This document shows, in pieces, positions 12,074 through 23,314 of a stretch of 64,000 bases of DNA. The stretch's first letter is position 1; each line of letters opens with the position of its first letter. The translations under genes and the position numbers were made by a program. This DNA is from Haliotis cracherodii (lineage: Eukaryota), in NCBI RefSeq assembly GCF_022045235.1, contig NW_027266286.1, positions 28,954,001 through 29,018,000 of the forward strand, given 5' to 3'. The notes under the pieces were generated by a model that saw only the letters and a program-made list of their open reading frames with translations, made no database searches and had not been told where the DNA came from.

Positions 12074-13017
12074 TATGTAAATGTGGTACAGATGTACCAT
12101 GGGAAACCAACTGTAAAGGGTGTGACACCATTCTATAGCATCACAACCAGGCTTAGATCAATAGGAAAAATCACTTTTAATTGGATCCAAAATACTCTGG
12201 GGTTAACGCATTATCTATTAAAACAAGTGACCATGTCACTATCATTATCAGCTGAAAGTGAGTGATGGGATGAGTTTGAGAATAAGTTTAAGAATGATTG
12301 AGTGAATGGGGTTCCGTATCGCTGAGTCAGCAATACAATACATCATGGCCACTACCATCACAGCAAGAAGTGTCCCAATCACAAACCTACAAACAACAAC
12401 ATTGGTTGACCTTAATCACTATCAATTCAAACCGAGGCAAAGTAATCTTACTTAAACCAACATTAAAGCACAAATCGGACAGTAAGCACAGAGAGTATTC
12501 ATAAAATGCAAAATAAAACTGGCCAATCACAATCAATTAGAACTGGACTTCAGTTAATGTCCACTAGGCTTCTCCAGGGTGCCATATGATGTACACATAT
12601 GTCCCCAAGATTACACGACAATCTGACCTTATCTCGACTGTAGACACCAAATACATACTGGGCTGCTCTGTTGTGGTAACATTGTAAAGATGGTGTAATT
12701 AATTCTTTAATGTTGCACTCACAGGCAATCACATTAAAACCTTTAAAAAAAAAAAGCAAACACTGCACAGCCTTGGATAGTGACACTTGAGGCAAACACA
12801 TTAACTTAATTGCTCTTGTCCTTACTTAACTAATACTAATAGGTACACTCTATATCGGACATCTATCTACCATGTTTGTTTGATGATACAAACAAAGCCA
12901 CATGCAGCAGCATCAATATTTGAAAAATCTGTCGACAAAGCTCAAAATAAGCAGAAAAAATTACCCTGTTTGCATTTGTCTGGTTTAGTATGATTAAACC
13001 ATGAAATTGAATATACT

Positions 13018-14215
13018 CATCTCATCCAGGGTCCAAGTCAATGGCAATACCCTACCTCGGTCTGCCCCACCCCTACACATCTCATCCAGGTCCAAGTCAA
13101 TGGCAATACCCTACCTCGGTCTGCCCCACCCCTACACATCTCATCCAGGGTCCAAGTCAATGGCAATACCCTACCTCGGTCTGCCCCACCCCTACACATC
13201 TCATCCAGGTCCAAGTCAATGGCAATACCCTACCTCGGTCTGCCCCACCCCTACACATCTCATCCAGGGTTGTAGTCAATGGCAATACCCTACCTCGGTC
13301 TGCCCCACCCCTACACATCTCATCCAGGTCCAAGTCAATGGCAATACCCTACTTCGGTCTGCCCCACCCCTACACATCTCATCCAGGGTCCAAGTCAATG
13401 GCAATACCCTACCTCGGTCTGCCCCACCCCTACACATCTCATCCAGGTCCAAGTCAATGGCAATACCCTACCTCGGTCTGCCCCACCCCTACACATCTCA
13501 TCCTGGTTCCAAGTCAAAGGCAATACCCTACCTCGGTCTGCCCCACCCCTACACATCTCATCCAGGTCCAAGTCAATGGCAATACCCTACCTCGGTCTGC
13601 CCCACCCCTACACATCTCATCCTGGTTCCAAGTCAAAGGCAATACCCTACCTCGGTCTGCCCCACTCCTACACATCTCATCCAGGTTCCAAGTCAATGGC
13701 AATACCCTACCTCTGTCTGCTCCACCCCTACACATCTTATCCACGTTCCAAGTCAATGGCAATACCCTACCTCGGTCTGCCCCACCCCTAAACATCTCAT
13801 CCTGGGTGGCAGTCAATGGCAATACCCTACCTCGGTCTGCCCCACCCCTACACATCTCATCCAGGTTCCAAGTCAATGGCAATACCCTACCTCGGTCTGC
13901 CCCACCCCTACACATCTTATCCACGTTCCAAGTCAATGGCAATACCCTACCTCGGTCTGCCCCACCCCTAAACATCTCATCCTGGGTTGCAGTCAATGGC
14001 AATACCCTACCTCGGTCTGCCCCACCCCTACACATCTCATTCAGGTCCAAGTCAATGGCAGTACCCTACTTCGGTCTGCCCCACCCCTACACATCTCATC
14101 CAGGTTCCAAGTCAAAGGCAATACCCTACCTCGGTCTGCCCCACCCCTAAACATCTCATCCTGGGTTGTAGTCAATGGCAATACCCTACCTCGGTCTGCC
14201 CCACCCCTACACATC
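13018..14215. repeat. Minisatellite, 59/60-bp unit x ~20
   Basis: Unit catctcatccagg(g)tccaagtcaatggcaataccctacctcggtctgccccacccctaca. Confidence 0.98.
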
Positions 14216-14685
14216 CGTGTTGCAATACTCAGCCATGCTGTGTCTATGCAGCTAAGCTTTACCCGTGTGGTTAAACTCCGGACAAGGCATTAATCAAACA
14301 AATGAAGTTGTGTAAGTCGTAGCAATATATTGATATCTTTAAGGTTGCTTGAAAAATGTAAACAAATGCTGTTTATCATAACACTCTGGCTACATAATAA
14401 AATCAGAAGCAAAGATTTACCACAGAGGCGTTCCACTTGTGCTTTCAGTCATGTTTGCTTTGTTTTTGTATACACTGTATGTGCCATATGACATTTAAAA
14501 TGGAGTGGTGATGAAGAGCTCAAAGGATGGGTGGACATGGTATTAATAACTGGAGTGTTATCTAACATATGAAATCACCAAGAAAGTAGTAATGAGTGAG
14601 AGACTGAGTGAGTGAATTTTACATCACAGTCACCAACATTCCAGCGGGCGGGCGAGCGGGTGGGTGGGTGGGTGGGTTTGGTGGG

Positions 14686-15115
14686 TGAGTGAGTGAGCAT
14701 AGTTTAACACCAGTTCGATCAGTATTTCAGTTACAGTAAACTACGGTTATAACGAACACGCTTTTAACGAACTGACCGATATAACGATCTTATATTTTAG
14801 TCCCGGCCATTTGTTGTACATATGCTGTATATAGGCTTATAACGAACTACGGTTATAACGAACTAAAATTAATGGTACCTTTGAGTTCGTTATAACCGTA
14901 GTTTACTGTATATCACAACTTGATGTGAGAGGAAATCCTGAAGTGATGCAAGTCTTAGACTTTTACACTTTTGGTTAAACCCACAAGCATGGATATGGTG
15001 CTGACAAACATAGAAACATGATCGGGGCCAACTGTGACTCGAACCAATGACATGTTTCTGCCTAAGGGACACAACTCTGCACAGGGGTGCCTGACAACTA
15101 GGCCACCATTGCCTC
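14686..15115 (-). mobile_element. Family E SINE interrupted by a MITE
   Basis: Consensus ...cagttatatcac... is split at its TA by 14734-14908. Confidence 0.8.
14734..14908. mobile_element. Tigger-like MITE (175 bp)
   Basis: Perfect 24-bp TIR cagtaaactacggttataacgaac; TA TSD. Confidence 0.93.
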
Positions 15116-16000
15116 TTGTCAACAACACCATTGATAGTGTCACTGTTATTCACTCGCGTATGACAGAAACCTGATACTCAGCATCCAAATTGAACAAAGA
15201 AACATGATGCCTGATGCAATCTCTTTGCTGTAAACTTTGTATCCATTTAATGTTCATGCATTGTTAGTCTAACAGTTAACTGTTCTGTGACCTTGACCTT
15301 AGACCCATGTCACAAGCAGGGCAAGCTACACTCATCCACAAACACCTGGTCAATCATCACGAAATTTACAGCGGTTCTAAAATTTTGACAGTTACATTTT
15401 TCCTTGACAGCATACTTTAAAACATATCTCATATATTGATGTAAGGCTATGCTCTAAAGTAGAAGTCCACCATACACAGTATTCAATCTTAATGAGAACT
15501 TGTCACTGATATTTCAGCAATCATACCAGAATTTACCATCTTCCACTAAACAATGCCTTAAAATAGAGGCTAGTAATGGACAACAGTGATAGAAATTAAA
15601 CAATGCCACCTGTCAATTAAAACTGAATGACCAATCAGAAAGTCAGAAGGGATGAGACCTGACACTGTGTCCAACAACCACCAACCCGTTGGACTTTTTC
15701 AAGTGATAGATATTTTTCAGGTGACACTTCAGGACAGTGTTTTAAAAAAATTATTTGACAATAATTTGACAACTTCACAGCACAAATTACACCAACCAAA
15801 TAATGTTCAACCGTTGTTGTTTTTCATAAAAAAATGTATAATTCATTATATTGTTTTAAAAAAAAATCATTCTGTACAGCAAAATTGCACCTCTCAGAGA
15901 AATAAATAGAAACATTTTGAGGAATTTGAAAAAGTGAAAGATAGAAGAAAAAAGACAAGCATATTTAAAAAAAATGTAATTAGAACTCCCTGCTCATGGC

Positions 16001-16268
16001 ATCCGTGAAGATCTGGGGTAGAATAGGTCTTCAACAACCCATGCTTGCCGTAAAAGGCGACTATGCTTGTCGTAAGAGGAGACTAACGGGATCGGGTGGT
16101 TAGGCTCGCTGACTTGGTTGATGCATGTCATTGACCCCAATTGAGTGGATCGATGCTCATGATGTCAATCACTAGATTGTCTGGTCCAGACTCGATTATT
16201 TACAGACCGCTGTCATATAGCTGGAATATTGCTGAGTGCGGAGTTAAACAATTAACCAACCAAACCAA
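16001..16268 (+). mobile_element. Family A retroposon, near full length
   Basis: ccgtgaagatc...gctggaatattgctgagtgcggagttaaac. About 12-bp imperfect TSD ccYtgctcaYgg. Confidence 0.92.
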
Positions 16269-17576
16269 CCTTGCTCACGGAACACAATGATGGGCAAGAC
16301 ACATTCGACATAGTCTTTCATGGTGTGAAAATATCCAGAAATATAACATGGTATGTTATTTGAAGTATACACTAAGAAACACACAAGATTTCTTCCGTGA
16401 TTGTTGGGTGATTCATTTTTTTTAATTGGTTTATGGAATTTTGTTTTGTGTCGGTGGTCGAAAAATAATAATATTCGAACAAATTATTTTCAATTTCGAG
16501 CTTTTTTTCATGTCGGCAGAACCGGAACCCAACACATAAAATTAATTGCCTTATCACCCTGGTTAACTCTGATCTGGAGAGAGTTCCCTGTTTCAGAATA
16601 CTAGTACTACTTTCCAGTTCCCATGTTAATGCCTCACACCATCCTAGCACAACTGAGGAGGACTTCAGACAAGCTGAAAACACCAAGGACATAAAATACA
16701 TCAATTATGGTAAAACAGGTGCGTTCATATTGATCTTTTCACCAAGTTTGAGCACTTCTTCTTTCATGCAATTACTTTTTTTATGAATCTGTTGACACTA
16801 AAAAGAATAATTTGACAACTTCACAGCACAAATTACACCAACCAAATAATGTTCAACCGTTGTTGTTTTTCATAAAAAAATGTATAATTCATTTCAAGTA
16901 ACCCGTAAACATGGATGTTCAAATAAGCATCCAATATTTAACTGTAAGCATGGTAAGAACACTTGTGTAATTGAATATACAGACGAAAATACCGCTAATT
17001 TTGATGTTTTTCCTGTACATGATCACCACAAGTTCTTTCCATCAAGGTGCTACAAACGTGTATGAATAATACATCACAGAAATGGCTGAAAAACACATTA
17101 ACTACAGAATTTACAACTCAATATCTCATCTTCCACTGGAAGCTTGCACCACTGACAAAAGGTGTTGAACTCGAAATCTTACACTATGAATACAAACTCA
17201 CAAATAACAATGTATCATTCAGCTAAGCGTTTTTAGTATGATTCTGATCTGAGTGAGTTGATCAATTGCTTAAAATATATATCAACAAGATACTGACATG
17301 ACAAAGGGACACAACTCTTTACAGACAGCAATAGTCCTGAGGCAACTTGGCCACCCAGGCCCAGGTCCCAGGTTAGTGAATGCAATGTTATGACACAGTC
17401 AGCAATATTCCAGCAACATCATGTGGCATTTTAGTATTGATAAATAAGTCAAGGTCAGGCAAACCAATCATTGAGAGCAAGATCAATGATCCACACCATC
17501 CAGAAAGGATGACTGGCAATCAGCCAAGTCACGGAGCCTGCCAATCCCCATTTGGGCTCACAAGCAAGCTGTTCTG

Positions 17577-17683
17577 GGCCTACTTGGACAAAGCGATCTT
17601 AGCACTAAGATGATTGTCACTCCCATACTTTAACATAGGCTTACAATAGTCGTAACACTAAGGCCTCTTTGTGCAAGTGGGCC
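17577..17683. mobile_element. Family H Harbinger-like MITE, single-unit form (107 bp)
   Basis: 17-bp TIR (15/17) starting GGCC; 3-bp TSD CTG; inserted in an old family A copy. Confidence 0.85.
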
Positions 17684-18989
17684 CTGGGGAACTACACTGA
17701 CCTAAATCCCATCTGGGATTTGAATCCTTACCCACCAGATCCTTGCATTTCTAAGGGAAGTAACTGGATGTAAGAGTCACCTCTTACACCACAAAGCCAC
17801 CTGCAGTCGGACTCAAGAAAACCATAGCTCTCTATAACAATGTTGTACAACAATGTCTGCCCACAACACAGAGATAAACACGGGGCTTGTCATCATGATG
17901 AGATGTTAATGGCTGATCAGGTACAGCTTGTTGGTCCCAGCCCACTTGGGGACACTGCTACCCCGACAGCAAGGATCGGACGCAGTGGATACCTCGCTAC
18001 AGGAAATCAATATCCTTCTCATCAGAGAGACACAATAATGTGGCAGCCATCACCACTCAGACACGTCCAAACTGTACAAGTACAACGTGTCAGGCCATCC
18101 TCGACTCAACTGTCACAAGTACCCATTTTGTTACATACAACACACATAATGCTCGATGTAATATTCGGAATCAATGTCAAACTGCAAATGCTCTCTCCCC
18201 AGCCGGATCTTAAAATACCTTGATCAATACAGAGAGTACTACCTACACTTTGTGACTCATCCCTTGTTGGCCATACCAGACAAAATTCTTCAAGCACTGC
18301 AATATCCCAGCATTAAGATTTGGTGATACATCCTTCAGGCTATGACACAAATTAAATCTAAGTTTTTAAGATCCCTGTATCCTATGATGCCTCTTAATAC
18401 AGGGTTATTAAAAAATATAACAAAATTATTTGTGCTCAGCTGTGAATTTCTGTGGACAGTCACAGTCGCTCTGGACCTTCACTTACATAATTTTGAAGAA
18501 ATATTTCATTATCAACAAGATGAAACGGTGAAAACCAACAAAAGTGTTAGAAATTGAGCGCTCCTTGGGTCCTTCAGGTTCTTAGCTGTTGTATTCAAAT
18601 TTGGGGGCCGTTAATTCTTTAGTCATTAATATTAGTGATTTGGCAAGGGCCCCTCGACCTTAATTCAAATCAAATAGATAGAATCAGGACTCAGTCCCTT
18701 ATTTAAAAACTGAGTCTACAATCCAAACATATGTTCAGGATCACTTACATAGTTACATCACTAACCTTATCACACATTACTTGTTTAAAAGACGTACTAC
18801 AATGACTTGAATGTTTTGGACTTGAGGCTTAAAAAAACAATGATTTTTCATGCCTTTCTTTGCAATTTCATTGTCAAATAGGGACAATAACACTTTTTCA
18901 GCCTTATATTATAACGATGGCTCAAGGACATACTACTACTACTACTACTACTACTCTATTTCTTAATATTTCCTAGGGTCCATCTTGTG

Positions 18990-19130
18990 TGAGTGACAAA
19001 CTTGGGTGTTTATAAAATGCTGTTATTGCAGGGGACACCAAAAATGGGATTTATCCCCATGTGTTGGATTGGACCTTGCCTTCGACATGAGGAGCGAAAG
19101 CTTTAACCACTAGGCTACCCCGTCACCCCT
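18990..19130 (-). mobile_element. Family B SINE, diverged
   Basis: ctttaaccactaggctaccccgtcacccc head on +. Confidence 0.8.
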
Positions 19131-20249
19131 TCCAAGGTATCGGATCTATTGACCCACACGTCTACCCCTCAGTCAGTTGCTCCCGGAGTTCTAGTCAGGA
19201 TGTTGCTAGACAACACAAACAGAAACCATCATTATCTGTCAAAAAAAAAGAAGAAGATCCAGTTGTCATGGAAGTTGAAACAGTGACGGTCTCAATTATT
19301 TATCAATATAATGACATCACCCAAGTGGAAAAAATAAATAATTTACACATTTATTCAATAATTGTGATCACAGGAGGTACAATTTCAATATTTTTCAAAC
19401 AAAACAAAACAAAATCTGATGAGCAGACATTTCCCTAAATATTAGATAAAATATTTAAAGTAGCAACATAAAAAATCTCTCGGTGGATATCTGACCTTCC
19501 ACATAAATAAAATACTGTTCAAATCAGGCCTCAACGGAACTCACTCGGTTCTTCTTTCCAAATTGCAGTCCAATTTTCACAATAACATGCTACCCATCAA
19601 ATATTGAAGGACAAGAAATTAAAACAAGATGAAAACAAAGAAAAGATCAAGTAAAAAGAAAAGTGACTCAAATATGTTTTGATCGTCCATCATTATTGAT
19701 CTGAGTGCTGTCGTCTCTCCTATCAACCATCTTCCTGTTTTACTCACAGTTACTACTGTCAATCCTTCAAGTGCCAAGCAAAAGTAACTTTCAATCAATT
19801 CCATCTGTGGCAAACTCACAAAAAATGTTCTTGATTATTCATCCTGGTGTGTACTGGATTAAAATCTCATGAAGAGCGCTCCACAACTATCCACATCACT
19901 CGGTTCCCAAACAGTGGTGCTTGTGGTGAATTGAATTCCTCCTTCCACTTTTTGTTGCTCAACTGAGAAACTGATAAGAGCGGTTTCACAGTATCAGCAA
20001 TACTGCTACAGTGGCTTAACTAAAAGTATTTAATTCAGATTACCGCTTGGTAGCTCAATCTGTCAAACGTGATGCAGGGCATAGACCTTTACCACTTTCA
20101 TGCTGACAAATCCTGGGTCAAGGCAAATCTGAGACTTTAATCCACAATCAGCAGATCCTGATACTAGTAAGGGATGCAACCCTGCAAAGAAAATTGCAGT
20201 GCCTTAGACCCCTGCAACATGCATCTTATATGCAGTGACGGTTTCAGTT

Positions 20250-20457
20250 AATTTATTTGGCAGTTACAGTGACTGCAGCAACGTAACTGTACCAGACAAT
20301 CCAGTGATTGATATTGTGAACAATGATCCATGCCGATGATGTACGATGACATGATATCAACCAGGTCACAGAGCCTGACCACCTGATCCATTTGGTCGCC
20401 TCTTTCGACCAGCATAGGTTGCTGGGGAGCCATATCGTAACCTGGAATCCCCACGGA
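20250..20457 (-). mobile_element. Family A retroposon, divergent subfamily (single hairpin unit)
   Basis: ccagacaatccagtgattg...gagcctgaccacc...gtcgcctctttcgaccagcataggttgctggggagc. Confidence 0.8.
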
Positions 20458-21151
20458 GAAGAGCAGTAGTGTCCAGACTATCCAGGTGTCACTGTATATC
20501 ACATGAAAAGACCTTCAGCTGACCAGGCTGACTGTCTCAATCAACAATCCATGGCGTGTGGCTCATTCTATCAACCACTGGTTTGCCAGGTCAAGGCTTC
20601 ATACAATGTTTTATTAAAAATGTGAAAACTTGAAATAAAAATGAAATGCCGCAACAACAAACCATAAAAAAATATGAATAAACTGACAATTTAAGGAAGC
20701 AATACAATTTGGAATTTGAGACTTTAAGCAAAAAGTTTGGTTTTTTTCCCCCTTGTACAAGCATATACGTACAATCTTCATGAACAGGTCTTACATTCTA
20801 GAACTGTTCATGAACTAAAAGAGCCATTTAATGTTCACAAACTGCTCATGAACTGTTTATGGAAATGTCATAGGGGATGACAGCTGACATCATGGTGCTA
20901 TGATTCATTTCATTTCCTGCCAATGACAACACAATTTTCTTAATTGGCACTTTCGCTGAAACATAACTCTATGCAAACAAATATTCAAGATGCCTGCCTC
21001 TAAAAAGTCTTCTGGTAACCAGCGAAACTGTGCAATTCAACATAACCTGTCAACAACCATCTTCCGACATGTAAATTACCACACAAGAGATCAAAGCCAA
21101 GTAATCTTAGCCAGGGTTGGATGCCTTCATCAGATGAAGGAGAAGTGGCAT

Positions 21152-21410
21152 TCCTCAGCAAGTCAAGTAACACCTTGCAACTGGATTTACTGCATGACAT
21201 TCCTGCTGCTCTTCACACAATCACTGTCAATGCAGGAACTGAGGTGCACAATGTGGCAACATCTGGCTTCAAGTCAAGGGGAGATAACCCAATATCTTCA
21301 GCAAGTCAAAGTGACACCTTGCAACCGGAATATTGCATGACATTCCTGCTGCTCTTCACACAATCACTGTCAATGCAGGAACTGAGGTGCACAATGTGGC
21401 AACGTCTGGA
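21152..21410. repeat. Local duplication, ~115 bp x 2 (period ~144 bp)
   Basis: cagcaagtcaa...gcacaatgtggcaac occurs twice. Confidence 0.9.
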
Positions 21411-21486
21411 ATCCTGGTTCCCAGCTATCTATGATCATCAATTTGAGAAATGAAGAGATGACAAATTGTGATTTGCAGAGATTAAG

Positions 21487-21900
21487 ACCTGGAGGTGGAA
21501 CCTTGAAGTGGAGGTGGGAACCTGGAGGTGGGACCTGGGGGTGGGGCCTTGAGGTGGGACCTGGAGGTGGGACCTGGGGGTTGGACCTGGGTGGGACCTG
21601 GGGGTGGGACCTGGAGGTGGGGCCTGGGGGTTGGACCTGGGTGGGACCTGGGGGTGGGACCTGGGGGTGGGGCCTGGGGGTTGGACCTGGGTGGGACCTG
21701 GAGGTGGGACCTGGAGGTGGGACCTGGAGGTGGGACCGGGGAGTGGGACCTGGGGTTGGACCTGGGGTTGGACCTGGGGGTTGGACCTGGAGGTGGGACC
21801 TGGAGGTGGGACCTGGAGGTGGGGCCTGGGGGTGGGACCTGGGGGTGGGGCCTGGAGGTAGGACCTGGTGGTCAGATCTGAGGGCGGGACCTGGGGGTGC
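21487..21900. repeat. G-rich minisatellite, ~13-bp unit x ~32
   Basis: ggacctgg(a/g)ggt(g/t) with shorter variants. Confidence 0.97.
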
Positions 21901-22247
21901 AACCAGGAGATGGGATGGGTGGCAATGTTGGGGGAGGAGTCTCACTCTGTAAAAAGTCTCTTGGTCCTGCCAGTATCTGCTAACCATCGGTTCAAATCCC
22001 AAATCTGCCTTGATTATGATCCTAGTTTTGTCACCATATCAGTACTAGAGAGGTTAATCTAAGTGGTGAACCTCTACGACCTACATTATTTCCAGGCTTT
22101 GTCATAATTTAAGCTAACATCTTGAAATAACTATTCACACAATACTTTCAAAAAACATTTTTAATTTCACGAACCCAATGGGTTCTCTGAAAACTCATTT
22201 TTAGTTTATGAGGCACCCAAGCTACATAGAAAATCTTCACACGTAAA

Positions 22248-22985
22248 CAACAAGTCATCAGAAGATGACATATCCACCTGGCCCCCAAAAATTTGAAAGA
22301 ACACTTACCTTAAGTTCAACTAGAAGAGAAAATTTCTGTCTAATGTCTGTCCATATACAAAAGCAGTTATTGAGCTACCAAAACCATACCATGGATTTGG
22401 GATTCGGAACTTTGTAATTCTATGTCAGGTACACACCAATTGGAACAGAGTCATGGAAACAAAACAAATAAAAATTCCCCAAATCCCTTAATAGCAAAAG
22501 GCACCATTTGACAAACTAGTCTTTGAGTGTGCACAGTTTCATGAAAGAATACCTATTAGTTTTAGAGATATGGTCCAGACAAACACACTATAAACCGAGT
22601 CAAAGTCAAACTTGTCACCATGGAAACAGGAAAAATTAAATTTTGTAAAATTCTTAAATAGCTAAAAAGTACCACTTCAGCCCCTGATAAATACATGTAC
22701 CAAGTTTGGCTGGAAAATATAGAATATTGTTTAAGTTCTGCTCTGGAAATGACGCCTACCTCCATTTAAGTCTAACTTGTTTCCATGGAATTTTGAAAAA
22801 ATCCCAAATAGCAAAAAGGCACCACTACAGCCCCTGGTTAAAACACGTTGCAAGTTTGGATGACAAATCTTTCATGGTTTTCAAGTTATGCGCTGGAAAC
22901 AAAATATGGACAGACAGACAGACCAGATGACGACTATATCCCTGCCCCGTCCCCTCCACACCACCCCGCATCATATAATCTTTAA
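22248..22985 (+). mobile_element. Helentron/HINE-like non-autonomous element
   Basis: Starts aacaag + hairpin gtcatc-agaa-gatgac. Degenerate internal repeats (ccatggaa..., caagtttgg), (CAGA)n near the 3' end, then ctatatccc. Confidence 0.65.
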
Positions 22986-23314
22986 TCACCTATGTCATCT
23001 ATGAACCTCATCTCCTTGAAAATAAACTGTGAGAAGCAAGAATATAGAATGTGCCCCTTGTTAAAACCAGCACCAATCCAACCCAATATGTTCTCTGTAA
23101 CGAGAATGAACAAGCTACAAAAATAAATAGCCTGCCTTGAAGACAGCCTAAAATGATTGATATTGAAGAACCAAGCCCATTATGTGCAGTTTGTGGCAGC
23201 CCAGTACAGTCACAACACAAAAAGTCTTTGCCCACTGAACTCTGTTGGCCTGAGTCAAGCTGAACACACAAACACCTCCCGGTTATCACTCCAACACACT
23301 GTAAACAATCTGCA

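Noticed and set aside
13001-14293. 430/369-aa Pro-rich ORFs
   Set aside because: Minisatellite artefact; the peptide changes frame with 59/60-bp units.
17840-18340. 127-aa ORF and neighbouring GC-richer sequence
   Set aside because: No recognisable domain or splice structure; cannot classify.
21370-22062. Gly/Pro-rich, shell-protein- or collagen-like ORFs
   Set aside because: 13-bp unit is not a multiple of 3, nearly all frames are open, and there is no signal peptide or splice support.
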